A stretch of 62,908 bases of DNA, counting the filler, from Reclinomonas americana ATCC 50394 (lineage: Eukaryota): assembly GCA_048213135.1 (NCBI GenBank). It is 16 parts of 16 records of this genome, joined end to end, with 100 filler letters (N's around TTAATTAATTAA, not from the genome) between each part and the next. Parts side by side here need not be neighbours in the genome. Positions count along the whole stretch, not along the records: positions 1 to 5,029 come from AFZH01018515.1; positions 5,130 to 12,784 come from AFZH01018516.1; positions 12,885 to 21,768 come from AFZH01018518.1; 13 more parts are not named here. One strand, written 5' to 3'. How positions within the stretch are numbered: the stretch's first letter is position 1; every line of letters begins with the position of its first letter. The notes beneath the pieces are model-generated. The model was given only the letters and a program-made list of their open reading frames with translations, had not been told where the DNA came from and did no database searches. The position numbers were made by a program, and so were the translations under genes. Shown in pieces: positions 1 through 14,000 of this stretch.

Positions 1-2734
1 TTCGCGCACTCTGATGGCCGAGTAAGCACACACCGAGATCAATAAACAAAAGCGCGCGCGTGCCTCACGCAACTCGCCACGTGCGAAACGCCTGCACCAG
101 CATTCGAGCACGCCACACATTGTCGGCGTACTGCTCCACCTCGTGAGCCTGGTGTCGTCGACGCATAAACTGCACGCAAGCAGGCACGCAGTGAATCACA
201 CGTCAACGCTCAGATGCATGTGGCGATGTGCGAACCTGCTGCCAGCCACGCCACACGTGTGACAGGCGACGCACAAAATCGTGCCGCTTGGCGAGTTGCC
301 ACTGCGAGAGACAGACAACATGTATCATGGACTGTGTTGACATTGAGAGTGACAACAATCGCACGCGTACCTGATGCCATCGCTTCCGCTGCACTGCCGT
401 GTACAGCGACCAGTGCAGAAGCACACGCTTCACCAGCGTCCGTTCGGAAAATGCCGCCGCCACATGCTGCAATGCAGTCGTGAGTCACGGACAAAAGACT
501 GGGGAATAGAAGACAACTGCACGACACCATTCGCTCCTCCTGGCTGTGCAAGAGGCGCACGAATGCCTGCCAGCGGCGAAATACACGTCGTTTCACGTGC
601 TTCAGACGGAGACTTTCGGCCGCCGGCGTGCGCTCGCGCACCCACAAGGCCTCCAGATACTGGCGTCGCATGCACGACCATGCACGTTGCTGCAGGTGTC
701 GGTGGCACATATTGTCCGCCAGCTGCAACAGGTGCTGTTCGCGCTTGGCCTGCATGACATCCATGAGCAACAAATAGTGGTGGTGGTGGTGGTGGACGCA
801 TCCATCTCATCGGATCGCAACTCTTGCAGCCTCCAGCTGATGGCACCACCAGCCAAAGAACTCTCGCAACACAAATCCGTGATGTCTCTCTCGTGCCACT
901 TTCTCCAGCGCCTCCAGCGCCAATCGACGGCCCCTGGCGTGTCGCAATGCAGCGAATGCGCGACGCACCAAGACACGCTCGGCATACACCTTGACGTCGA
1001 ACAACATCACTCGTCGGTCGTACTGTTGACGCACAACTGTACGCGCATGCATGTGGTGAGTAATGGCGTGGTGTGCTGAGTGCACGCATACACGCAACAG
1101 CGCTTCCACCGAATCAAAACTCGCCGCATCCCGGCCGTGTCACCGAGACTGGCGATGAATCGCCGCCGACTGCGCAGCAGCACTTGCCTGTCGTGGAACA
1201 AGCACATGGCACGGAAGCAGCGGCGGAGAGATCGACGGCGGAAATGAGCAGCAGCCAGCACTGTGTGTGCATGCATGGATGAATAACATGCACGGACTCC
1301 CACTCAACACTCGATGCAGACCTGTGCCCTGCGCCTCCCGCCGTCTCGCTGTCAACGCATCGCGCCACCGACACACCCATCGTCGCAGCTCGTGCTGATG
1401 ATGCCGCTCTGCGAGGTGATCTCCACGTTGTGTCAGGCGTCTGCGCATTCACACTCGTCAGTGATCGGTGAGACGATGATGGCCAGCGAGAGCAAGAGAC
1501 TGCGTCACCGATGAGCCGTGGCCCACGCACGCCACACCAGCGTGACTCGGCGAACAATGCGATCGGCCCAGGCCAACGCAGCCTTGGCGTGTCGCCGAAA
1601 TGCTGCCTGGTACATGGTGTGATACGCTCGCCAGCCCTTCCACGCTCGACGCAGCAGCCGACGCGCATCGTGTCGTGCAGCGCGCTGATCCTTGCTCATG
1701 GCCGCAGACCGCTTCTCCAGCCGCCGTTGCCACACTCGCCACCATCGTCGCAGCATCGGCACACGGTCTATATCAAGCACAACATCAATGAGGGGAATGC
1801 ATGAGCGGGAGGGGGAGTGCACGATCTCAACTGAGAGTGTCGGCATCGTGTCGATGGCGGCGTGCCACACGTCGCCAGTGAATGTAGGCCTGCCACACGC
1901 GAAACGCTCGCTGCAGCATGAGACCGTCGTAAAACGCACGTGCGGTAACACCTTTCCTGCGCGACTCCTGCCGCTGTCGCTGTCGCACCACGCCATAGTC
2001 GCGCCACGCTCGCCACACCATCCGCAGTAACCTCCGTTTGCGCACAAACTCCAGCCAGTGGTCGGCCACAATGCGCGCCAGTCGCTTGCGGTGCTGCCGC
2101 CGAGCGCGACGCTCCAGATCCGCACCAGACACGGCCGACGACGACGACGACGACGATAAAGACGAGATCGCCAGAGATGGACTCGAGATCGGCAACAGTC
2201 GCGACGCCGACTCGATCACCGCCGGCGATCGTGGTCTCCGATCACGCGGTGTGCCCGGCGGCGTCACGTTGGTCACGCCAGAGCGCTCCTGTGGGAGAGA
2301 GCACAGAGTGTGTGAGAGGAGAGTGTATGCGAGGTGAGACAAGTGACGAACCGCTGCTGCTGTGGACGATGATGATGATGATGAGTCGGAGGAGGATGAT
2401 GATGATGAAGAGGACGAGGATGAAGAACCAACAGAGGCCTGTGCGACCAGTGAACGCGCGTGCGTGTGAGACTGAGAGAGTTTGTCACTGATTTCGCGCG
2501 CGCAGACACACACACACTCACTGATGGTGGTGGGGGTGGTGGTGGTGAGAGAGGAGGAGCAGCAGCAGCGCCGCCGCCAGCCTGTGATGCTGAGCGTGCG
2601 CCCACACGCTGAGCGAGCAGCATGAGATCGGCATCGCCTCGACGCACAGCCTCCTCGCGCAGCGCACGTTGCAGGTGATTGAGTCGCGACAGTTCACCCA
2701 CACGCGCACGATTGCGCTCCTCATAGCTGGACAT
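1..2734 (-). CDS. Sfi1-like centrin-binding repeat protein (multi-exon, 3' end runs off the window)
   Basis: ATG at 2734 (MSSYEERNR...). Exons carry many Sfi1-type repeats with F/W-x-x-W-basic cores: RMVWRAWRDY, LQRAFRVWQAY, LRRWWRVWQRR, RRAWKGWRAY, QRAWSCMRR, RRVFRRWQAF. GT-AG introns of about 60-230 nt. Confidence 0.7.
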
Positions 2735-4058
2735 GGTAGTGGTGGGCGGAGGGGTCACCCCTCGCTGTCTTTTTCTCCCACTTTGACGCAAAAAAAGTGG
2801 TGAGTCGTTTTTCCCGCCAAATGTCGGCGGTCTCTTTTTTTTTTCTGAGGTCTAGCTAGCAAGTGGGCGATTCCCTGTCGGGTTGGGACGACCAGGGCCG
2901 TGTTTAGGTGCCTTTTTTGATGGCACCCCCTCACACTTAGAATCGCGAGAGGAGAGAAAACAGGAGAAAAAAGATGATTACAGGAAATTGACAGAAACAA
3001 AAAAAAAGAGCAAGACCGTCGGCAGCAGCAAGGTTTTCGATTTGGCAGCGACCGCGGCACACCACGGCTATTCAAGTCCACCCGAGCGAGTGCGACGCAC
3101 GACGGGGTGCTGTAGTCTGTACAAGAGCACCCACGCCGCACGCCAACACTCGGGAGACAACCATGCCGGGAGTGCGACACAACGTCGCCACCACATTGCT
3201 GCTGCTACTGCAACTGACCCATCACCACTCAGGCGAGGAGACAGAAGGAGACGGATAACCGAGAGGGAAAAACACACACACACATTGACCGCCGCCGCTG
3301 CAATTACACAGGCGGCAGTCACCACACCACACCACACCACACGAAATTCATCACAATGCAGGAGAAACACGCACACGCGCCATGCAGGCAATGTCGAGAT
3401 GCACGGCAAGCAGGAGAACGACGAGGCAGCAAACGAGGAAGCGCGCGCGATAAAACAATCGAGCACAAAAGCGGGGAGGCAGTGAGAGAGGGCGTGTGAA
3501 AATACCGCACGAATCCACAAGGCGGCTCACAATAACGCCACCTCCCTACTCCTGCCACACCCACATCTCCCTCAACCTCGGCGCACCGCGCCAGCACACC
3601 ACACATACGCGCACACACACGCACGCACACGCGAGTCTCTCCAAAACCAGTCACGAATGCACGACTCGCCAGCAGCAGCAAGATAGAAGCACGCTGGCCA
3701 CAACAGAGTCGACAAGTAATCACATCGAATCAAGAGGGAAAACACAACCTACGTTTGCCAGACCGAGGGGCAGAACATCACAAGCCTAGCGTGACGCCAC
3801 CACACCCAACAGGCACACACACAGTCACATCTCACACACACACACACAGTCCACAGCCATGCGTGACAGCAGTCAACACTGTCGCGCACCACCGATTAAA
3901 CAAGTACAGAAATAATAGAGAGAGATCCAACAAACAAATCAAGAGAGACAATAGGAGAAGGAAGATCATAATCATAGATAGAATCACGGATATCAATCCA
4001 AGACAAGAGAGCGATTAAGGTGGCACGCGAGTCCACCAGAGCCGTCACAAGTGACCAC

Positions 4059-5029
4059 TCAGCGAATGTGCTGCAGAATGGCACCCGTGTCGAACTTGAA
4101 TGTCAGCGACGCCGACTTGGGCGGGGTCGCCGACAGGGCACAGATCGACGGAGCCACCACACCAATGCTGATGGGCGCACTGGGTGCGGTGGGCGCCACC
4201 GACTTGACCGTCGGTGTTGTCATTGTTGTCGCCGGAGCCGTGGCGGGCTTGCCCGACAGCAGCGCGTTGAAGAACGACTCGCCAGTGTACGACACAAAGC
4301 CAGCACGATGCTGGTGATGCTGATCCGGCGACGACTCCACGCTGCTGCGCACAATCGAGCCAACAGAGTCCACACTGCTCGGTGATCCACTGCGTCCGCT
4401 GCCGTCACTGGCCGTGCTGCTGCTGCTGCTGCGGTGGCCAGGAGACATCTCCAAATCGTCCAGCGGCTGACGCTCGTAGACACAGAGGTCGCCGACCGAC
4501 TCGGGCATATCGGTCAGCTTGATCTGCGCACGGGCACGAGACTTGGCCGCGCGCGGACGCGGGGCCGCAGCACCCGTGGCGGCGGCGGCGGTGGTGGAGC
4601 CCGATCCCTTGGCCACAGTCACAGCTGCAGTCGGTGACGGTGTCGATGCAATGGTGCTACCGCGCTGCAACACACGGACTGGGGTCTGCGGGTTGAAGGT
4701 GGTGGCGGCGGCGGGAGTGGTCGGAGTGGCAGGAGCAGCGGTGGCGGTCGGTGAGGCCGACTGCGCCGCCGACTTGGCGGTGCGACTCTTGTTGCGACGA
4801 CCACCGCGAGCTCCGCGGGCACTGAAGCCCGGAGACGCGGGCGCAGCCTGGGTGGCAAACGTGGCGCCATGCGTCACAATCCACTCATGCAGAGGTCTGC
4901 AATTTTTTCGCGCCCGCCAACACATACAACAGTCAGCCCACCATTGTTTTCCATACTTCTCCCCCACAAAACCACACCCACCGAGCAAACGGAATCGACT
5001 TGGCCGTCAGAGAAATCTCCTCCTCGCCA
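4059..5029 (-). CDS. Hypothetical S/T/A/P-rich protein, 3' part (5' end lost in gap)
   Basis: Long open exon ending ...FKFDTGAILQHIR* at 4059. An upstream exon (...SIPFAR) splices in frame to PLHEWIVTHG through a GT-AG intron. No recognisable domain. Confidence 0.5.
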
Positions 5030-5129
5030 NNNNNNNNNNNNNNNNNNNNNNNNNNNNNNNNNNNNNNNNNNNNTTAATTAATTAANNNNNNNNNNNNNNN
5101 NNNNNNNNNNNNNNNNNNNNNNNNNNNNN
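5030..5129. other. Artificial scaffold-gap linker N44-TTAATTAATTAA-N44 (first of 15)
   Basis: Identical 100-nt spacers also at 12785, 21769, 28138, 31657, 34245, 35456, 36597, 38250, 39359, 44839, 53402, 54553, 59701 and 61409. Genes continue in the correct order across them (NDUFAF7, MetRS, KAP3, P4-ATPase), so they are placeholders for gaps of unknown size. Confidence 0.97.
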
Positions 5130-5145
5130 GAAGTGGACCGACCGA

Positions 5146-8100
5146 ATGGAGTGCACTACGGAAACGGACAACGTTTCCACTCACGCTGTCACCATGAGTG
5201 ATGACACAAGGTGCGTCTTCTCTCTGTGTGTGTGTGCTTGTGTGCGTACGTGCTCATGGTGGCGGTGGTGGCGGTGGGAGCACAGACCATCGGGGCTGGA
5301 GAATGCCCTGCGACGAGACTCGGCGGCGAGTCTCTCCAGCCCCGGATCCATGTCGTCGTCGCCACTCATTCAACGCGCATCACCGCCCGCTCGTGTGGAC
5401 GATGAGAGTTGCGCACACGTGTGTGTGCACACATCGCCCCATTCGCTTTTGCTCACGTCGAATTCACTGGCAGCGGCCTCGCACCAGACGGTGAGCTCAT
5501 TCGAGAAGGCGCAGCAGACGGAGATCAGCACGGCCAAGGCGAATCGGCGAGCTCGTGGTGGCGGCAGTCGTGTTCCACGTTGCGCTCACTCCCACTCCTG
5601 CTCCTCCCTTTTCCCCCCACTTGACCAAACACACAAATGCGCAGAACCCGCCGTCAAACCCGTTCTCTTTCCGCGCCGTCTCGAGGACCTCGGCAAGGTG
5701 GAGGTCGAGGAAGCCGTGGAAGGTGCGCTTCCTGCGCTCCCTCCTCACCCTCACCCTCCACAACCCTTCTCATTCTGTCACCAGTCACCAAGTCGCCGAA
5801 AGAGGGCGAGCAGGAGGCTGCCGATCTCGCCGCACGCATCAAGCTCGTGCGCGACATCCGGCGCGATATTATCCGCCGCTGGTCCATCGCCTTTGGCATC
5901 CTGATCTTTGTGGCACTTGTCGTGTTCGTGCTGTGCATTGTGATCTCGGCCGGTCGTGCCGTGCCATCGACCAGCGGCAAGCTGGTGTTGCGACCGATCG
6001 AAACCCTCGTCACTTCCATCACCAACTTTGTCACCTTCCTGCCGGGCGAAGTCTTCTTTCCGCGCGACGAATTCGAGTACATTTACGTCAACTACACCGC
6101 CTACGTCGGGCGCCACCTGGTGATCGGTGAGTCGCCGTTCACCGGCAACTGGAACATTCTGCGCACGCTGGCGGTGAGCGACACGTCGCGAATCGGCGCT
6201 GCCGACATGGACAATGGTCTCCTGCGGGTGAACGGCCAGCTGCAGACGTTGCGCTCTTTGTTGCATCTGTGACCCATGCGCCACACCTGCTCTCACTTGC
6301 TATCAGCGATGCAATCATCCTGGGCAACTTTCGCGTGTCGACTGGCTCCGGTTCCACCTTTCGGTTGGAGCGCAACACGGCCGCAGCCTTCAACGTCAAG
6401 AACGGTGGAGCGAACATTGAGGTGGGGCCGGGGTCCACCAACGTTGGCTTTGGCAGCACGGAGGCCGGCGCGTTGACCACCTTCAAGGGTGCGACCACCT
6501 TTGACAACTCCATCAACTTTGACGGCATTCGCATCTCGCCCACCGGCATTGCACGCTTCACCGACAGTCTCACACCCGCTGTCAACTCCACGCTGACACT
6601 CGATTCGGGTGCTCCCATGGGATCGCGTGTGCTCATGCAGGGCGGTGAACGCGGCATTCGTGTCGGCACAAAACCGTCGCAGTATGTGACCGCAGGTGAG
6701 TGCCGTGGTGGGCGATCGCGGGAGCCAGAGTTCATGAAGAGTTGCTTACCCCCCACGTCTGCTCGCAGTCGGTCCACTGCAGATCGAGGGCACCTCGCTC
6801 ACACTCGGTCTCCCGAACGCCAATCACCTCATTTACGGCGCTCCACGCGCCACTGGTGCCGGTCTGCCGTGGGTGTTCTCCGGACAGAGTGCACTCGGTG
6901 CGGGCCAGAACGGCGGCGATCTCTTTATCGACGGCGGCAGTGGATCCGCGCCTGCCAACAGCGGCGGTGTGTCTATCGGCAGCTCGGTGCCGTCGGCCGT
7001 GCACATTGGCCGTCCGGCACCAACACCCACCATTGCGCCGACCATCACTCCCACAGCCGGCATGGGCACCACGCAGCTGACGGTGGCCTCCAGCAGTATC
7101 TCCACGTCGGCCATCCTGAGCATCGACGGCGACACAACCGCGGGCTGGAGCACGCTGCGACCGCGCACCGTGACGCAGGCGGCCACTGGCGTGCCGAACA
7201 CGGCCATGGGCGCCGACCAGCTCGGCGACATGCGTCTCTCGTGCCAGGGTGGTTTCTCACTCGATGGTGGCACCGGTGCCGCCACCACCATGGCGGCCCC
7301 ACTGGCTGGTCGTGGCACCGTGTTTGTGGGCACACAGACTCCACAAGTGCAGGTCGGCTCATCGTCGCGAACCGACACCACCACCAACTTCAACGGCTCA
7401 CAAATCAACATTGGCGACATGGCCAGTCAGCTCAATGTGGGCGGCAGGCAGTTCTCGGCCACCACCACCGCCAACATTTCGTTCACCGGCAGCAATCTCA
7501 CGTTTACGCCGAGCAGTGCCATGAATCTGGCAGTGGGCGCCCTCCGTCTGCAGGGTGGCATGACGGTGACGCTGGGCGGCCAGTCTGTCTATCTGTACGG
7601 CCAGACGCTGAGCGTAGCCACGGGCTTCCCACTGACGCCCTCGTCGACTGGAGCGCTCACCCTCAGCGGCAAGGACGTGGCCGCCACGGCCTCCACCAGC
7701 ATGACACTCACGGCGCCGCTGGTGCAAGCCACGGCCACGCAGAGTGTCACCAACACGTCCACCACGGTCACCATGACGTCGCCAGTGAAGGTGCAAGTGG
7801 GGTCCACTTCGGCACCTCTCACGGTGACGTCGGCTGCGGCCATGAATCTGCAACCGCGCACTCTCAGCTTTGCCAATACCGGCAATACCACCCTAAAGGT
7901 ATATTTTGCATTTTTCATTGGTGCTTCTCTTCCCCTCCAACCCCTCACATACACGTGCCGCAGACCGCTGGCCCGCTGTCGCTGACGGCCAGCACCGGAG
8001 CACTTTCCATGTCCACCAATCAGCAGCTGACAGTGACGGTGGCGGCGGCCACCACCATCAGCGCCAGCACGCAGCTGAACATGAATGCCAATACCGTGTT

Positions 8101-11010
8101 CCTGCTGGCCACCAACATCAACACGCCGCTGCCGGCCACGTACCCGTCGTTGCAGCAGGCGCTGACTGCGTACGTGCCGCAGCGCATCACGGGCAACACA
8201 CTGGCGCGTGTCTCCGGCACGCAGAGTCTCACCGCCACCTCCACCAGTGACTTGTTCTTCGACTCGGCCGGCACACTGACGGCATCGGCACCCTCCGGCA
8301 CGCTACGATACACAGCCACGAGGTCGCTATCGTTTGGCGCCATGCCGAATACTCCGGGAAACTCCACCACGCGCCTCAGCACCGTCACACTCACGTCGCC
8401 CGCCACCAGCATGTCGGCCACCACCACCACCGTTTCGCTGACGAGCCCGGTGATCAATGTCACCGGACCGACCATTACGCTGGGTGTGGATCCGGCCGCC
8501 AGTGGCGTGTCGTCGGACTCGATCCTGCTGCGCGGCGACACGCAGTTGACCATCACGGCCGCGACGCAACTGGCGCAAGCCATTGCCGTGGTCATCAACA
8601 GTCCGTCCATCACCGTGCGTGGAACGACGCTGGCGTCGCTGGCCGCCACCGCCACCAGCATTCAGATCACTGCGCCGGCTAGTGCATGGACTGCTGGACG
8701 CACCATCCAGCAGACGAGCAGCAGCAGTGCCGTCCTCTTCCGCTCCACCGCCGGCTCCGTCTCCATCAGCAGCGTGACGGTGACGGGCTCAAGCACCACC
8801 GGCAATGGCGTTTTCACCGGTGGCTCCGGCGGCGCCTCGCTGACATCCACCACCGGCCCCGTAACGCTGACCGCCGGCAATGCCAGCGTGTCGACAGGTA
8901 CCGGTGGCCAACTGAGCATCACGGCCCCGGTCAGCGTGACCACGAATGCACAAGACATGACGTTCACCGCCAGCCCGCTGACCACCGACCTTGTCAACTT
9001 TCCCAACAATGTCGTCGTGTCGGGCACCGGCGGCGTCAGCCTGGTCGGAAGCGTCGCCGGCACGCACCAGGCCAGTGTCGACTGGCTGGTGGACGCACTG
9101 ACTCGTGTCACGGCGCAGGGTGCGACGGGTCTCACGGCATCGACTGGTCGCACGTTGAATGTGTGCGCCACGCAGCTGCAGACGCAGTCGTCTTCCGTGT
9201 CGGCACTCACGCTCTCCTCCACGGCAAGTTCCATTACGGTGACGGGCACCAACTTTATCGCTGCTGCGTCGAGTGGCACCACCGGCACTGTTACCGTGCA
9301 GCAGACCGGTGGAGTGCCGGCCTCCAGCACCATGACCATCACCACTGCCGGCTCGGTGCTGATGCCGCCCACCACCGATCCACGCACCTCGCCTCCGTTT
9401 GCCCTGCCGACGTCGGTGACCTGGACAGCCACGGCGCCGACAATCTCCATTGTTGGCACCACGCTCAATCTGCAAGGACGATTGTGGCGAGTCAACGGTG
9501 TGTTGCAGCTACTGATGCAGCCGTCGCCGTCGGCCAGCGGCTTTCGACTCGGATTGCGCGGCATTGTTGGCGTTGCTGGCAGCGCGTCGCTCAGCGTTCT
9601 CGGACCGGGCGACGTGGGCATCGAGGCCGGCGTCGGCACAACAATGACACCGACCGCGGTGCAAGCCGGCAACATTTCACTCGGACCCAGTGCACGCATC
9701 CTCACGCTGGCCAACCGCACGGGGTACGTATGCTACTCTAGCTTGCTGGTGATGCATAGGATTGCTGGTGGCTCACCGCGTGTCTCACAGAGCGGGAATC
9801 AGCATCTCGGGCACATTTGTGCCGTCGTCCGTAATTGAACTCGGTGAAGGTGGCATCACCTCGCCGTCAGCCACACGTCGCCTGATTGGACCCAGCACCG
9901 GCGATCTGCGCATTCGTGCGCAGCAGACAACCACCGGAACCACCGGCGGCAATCTGCGTCTGCTAGGTGGCACCACCTCGGATGCCACTGGCTTTACAGG
10001 TTTGAGTCGCCACTGCGTGTGGCTGCATTGCCGTCTTACTTGGCCTGACTGCTGCACGCACAGGATCAATCTTCATCGGCAACGCCTCCTCTGTGGTGGT
10101 TCTCGGCCGAGCAACCACCGGCTCGGTGGTACAGATGCAATCGACCAGTATCAATGTGTTGTTGAGTTCGGCCGGCGCGTTCACCATCACTCGTCCGCTG
10201 CCGTCGTCCACGAATGGTCCCACCACCGCCACCACTTTCAGTGGACAAGCAAACAGTCTTGGTGCGTGTCGTAGGATGACCATCGCGAGCGCGCGTCTCT
10301 TTCTTTCTCTTTCTCACTCACTCGGCATCTTGCAGGAAACGGCGGCGATATCACTGTTCGCAGTCGTTCGACACTCACCGTGTCCAGTGGCACCACCGGC
10401 GGCGCAATTCAGCTGCTGGCCGGCGTGTCGTCGGCCAACACCGAAAGCACCAATGGCCATGTGGTGATTGGCAGCACGGCGACCACCACTGCCACGCTCA
10501 CCGGCAGTGCAGTGAGCACCGGAGGTTCGCGTCAGTAACGCAAAAATAACCTTCTTCACACACTTCGCCCACTCACGTCGCCACAACTGCGCAGGGCGAC
10601 TGGTGATTGCGGGCTACACCACCATGCAGGATGCAATTGCTTCTATATGGTTCCCAGCCAATGGCCTGCGCGTCGTCAAGTACACCTACACTGTAACATC
10701 GTCGTTCCTCACCGGGCAAGCCAATCTGGTGTCGTTCCCGCACGGCAGTCCCGGTGGCGTGCCGGTCGGCGCACCCGTCAACACCTTTACGCCCAACGTG
10801 CAGCCGCTATGGTTCGAGCGATTCACATGGGGCTACTACAACCCCAGCACCGACACCTACATCAGCGGCAACAATACGGGCGCCTTTGTCGTGGTCGGCA
10901 CCACCAACAATATTCTCATCACCCGCATGTCGACCACGGATCGCGGCGTCTCCACCGACGGCGTCATCATCAAGATCATAGTGTGGTACCAGAAGACGCC
11001 ATTCGGCTAA
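5146..11010 (+). CDS. Large (~1,700 aa) type II single-pass membrane protein with a T/S/G/A/V-rich fibre-like ectodomain and a C-terminal globular domain
   Basis: About 11 exons join in frame through GT-AG introns (donors e.g. 5579, 6248, ~6695, ~7899, ~9724, ~10000, ~10262, ~10525). One TM helix WSIAFGILIFVALVVFVLCIVISAG (~5880-5954) follows a basic stretch. Stop TAA at 11008-11010. The true start may lie in the gap upstream. Confidence 0.75.
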
Positions 11011-11083
11011 TCAAAACGATTGTAAAATAACGAAAACCATAATGTGTTATCAAAACAGTTCTTGTCTTTCTCTTCAATTTCGT

Positions 11084-14000
11084 TCACACACTGCCGGTGG
11101 CGCGCAACCTTGACGGTGGGCCCTGGTCACGCTTCAGCGCATCATCGGAGGAGTGGAAGCGCTCCGAGCTGCTGCCGTTGCTGCTGGCGTACGAGCCCTT
11201 GGGCGACGGCGGCGGAATCACGCCCTTGCCGAGCAGCGATGCGATGCTCGCATTCGACGAAGTGAAATGCGACAGCCGGTGGTAAAGTTCGTCATCCTAC
11301 GCACGCACATACACACATGCACACACACACACACACACACGCACACACGCGACACAACACACACCACGCCACAAGAAATCGGCGGCGAGGCGCGCAGCAG
11401 GAGCAACAGGAGGAGAAAGAGAAAAAGAACGGGGGACAAGCGACACAAACAGAGCAAACAATGCAAACACAACACACACACACAAAAACAAACAACACAC
11501 ACATTATCAAACAGAGCGATATCTTCGTAGGGGGGATGTGTACGCGGGTGACGCGGAGTGGGTGCAGTAGTAGCTCTACACCACGCCGTCGCCAAGACGT
11601 TGACACGCACACACACAATTATGATCAAGTAAAGACAATTGGGAAAAATAGAGTTTAGAGTGGGAGGGATTAGGTGGGGAAAGAGGAGGGGAGTGAGAGG
11701 GAGAAGGAAAAGGTCGACTACAGCACAGCACTCGGCGCAGCCCGCGGTGGCGGGCTGACCAGTGCAGGCTCCGTCGACCTGTAGGAAGGATGCCCATGGG
11801 AATTGATAATCAGACTGCTGCGAGAGCTCGGCTGCCAGACGGACGCACATGGAACCATGCAAACACACCACACGACACGACACGACACGACACACACACA
11901 ACACAAATACAGCAAAAAACAACGATCGATCATTATTACGGTAAACGGGTGTGTGACTGTGGCTCACTGAGCAAGCGAGAGCAAGACAGAGAGAAATAGC
12001 AAGCAAGAGAACAAGAGAGTGTTCGACTACCCCCCACAGATGCCACAGTGTACAATGCGTGTGCACACCACCACTCACCTCTGACTCGCCGAGTTTTCGC
12101 TTAAACTTTTGCGCCTCCAGGAACGCTTCCTGCGCCACCATGGCATCCGTCGGCCAGAATCGCCGCCGCAAACTGCATCACAGGTGAGACAAGCCGCCAA
12201 GACGATCACGGGTGAGCATCATACAGAGCGACGCACTATTTGAGGGCAAAGTCGGGTGCGAGGCAGGCCACCGTGAGCAACAGCAGCAAGAGCCAGAACT
12301 GGAGACAGGAGGCCAGATACACTGCAGGAGTGTGGGTGAGTAAGGGTGACATCACGAGGCACTGACAGTCATCAGATAGAAAAAAACTCACCAAGAATCC
12401 AATACATGTTGGACTGGCCAAAGATCGTCGGAATCAACGAGTACAACGTGACAATAATGTAGTAGCAGATCAACGATCCCCACAGGAAGAAATGATTCAG
12501 CCACACCCAGCATCTTGGCAGCAGGAAGAAACCAAATGAGTTGAAACACGACACGTATCGCACCAATTCGAGCAGTCGCGCGTACCTTGTCTCCAGCGCG
12601 CACTTGAGCAGCGCCACTGTAATGACAATCGAGCAATTGGCGGTGCCCTTGGCGAACAGACCCGATGTACGTGCGCTGTCCACGAGGCTATCGGATTCCA
12701 CGACCAGAATCATTCCAAAGTAAATGACTGCAGCAGCGAGTATTGCCGAGTGAGCACAGAGAGACAGACGTAAGGGGGAGAAAGNNNNNNNNNNNNNNNN
12801 NNNNNNNNNNNNNNNNNNNNNNNNNNNNTTAATTAATTAANNNNNNNNNNNNNNNNNNNNNNNNNNNNNNNNNNNNNNNNNNNNAGAGGGAGAGGGAGAG
12901 GGAGAGGGAGAGGGAGAGGGAGAGGGAGAGAGAGAGAAGGGGAAGGAGGAGGAGGAGATAGAGGAAGTGGAGAGTGAGGAGCGGGGAAAGGAGAAGGAGG
13001 AGGAGGAGGAGGAGAAGGAGAGGGAAAGGAGAGGTAAAAAAGAGGGAGAGGGAGAGGGAGAAGGAGAAGAAGGAGATAGAGGAAGTGGAGAGTGAGGAGG
13101 AGCGGGGAAAGGAGAAGGAGGGGAAGAAGGAGAGGAAGGAGAGTAGACAAAAGGAGGACAAGGGCAAAAAGAAGAACACGAAGAAGAAGAAGAAGAGGAA
13201 TGAGAAGGGCAGGGGGAGAGGGGCAACGAGTAGAGGAGGGCAAGGAGGCGGAGAAGAACGAGAAGGAGAAGGACAAGAAGAAACGGAAAGAGAAGAAAAG
13301 GTGCAAGGAGACGGAGAAATAGTAAATGAACGCGAACAAAATGAAGAAGAACAGGAGGAACAAGGAAGAGGAGGAGGAACTAAGCCCACAGACATGCACC
13401 CCCACACACTCGCTCGCTCCATCCACCCACGCACCCATCCAGATTGGCTGTCTGCACATACGCCGTGCCCTCCTCGCCAGCCGACGACGACAACAGAATA
13501 AGATCGGCCGGCACAAAATCGCCCTTCTCCACACACACGATATCGCCGACACGAATATGCATGGTCTTGATGTGCGACCAGCGGCCGTCGCGTAGCACAT
13601 TAAAGCACGCCGAATTCGCCTTGCGATCGCTCTTGTACCTCGCCCAATCCTCCACCGCATCCTTGATCGCCGTCACCAACACAATAAACACCAGCGGCGT
13701 CACGGCGGCCGCCGGCAACAGCGGCGAAATGGACGGAATTTGCGCGATAATCATCGAGATGAGAAAGTAAAAGTTGGAGACGCGTCGGAACTGCTCGAGC
13801 AAATTCAGCGGCACAAACGTCAGCAGCGTGTACCGCGTCGTCCGCATGTAATTGTCAGGATAGCCCTTGGCAAGGTTCGCCTCCGAGTTGTTCAACTCGA
13901 CAACGTAGTCTGTGTGTGGATGTGAGCGCGTATGTGTGAATGCAAACAGAGATGGTCGACATGGCGCGCGCACCGGGCATGACCTCGCCACCGGCGTCGT

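Noticed and set aside
5074..5085. TTAATTAATTAA palindrome recurring 15 times
   Set aside because: Always centred in N-runs of identical length: a synthetic all-frame-stop gap linker, not biology.
12785..12884. P4-ATPase (also MetRS, KAP3, uS9m) apparently missing core domains, suggesting pseudogenes
   Set aside because: The missing parts coincide with assembly gaps of unknown length; the visible exons are intact.
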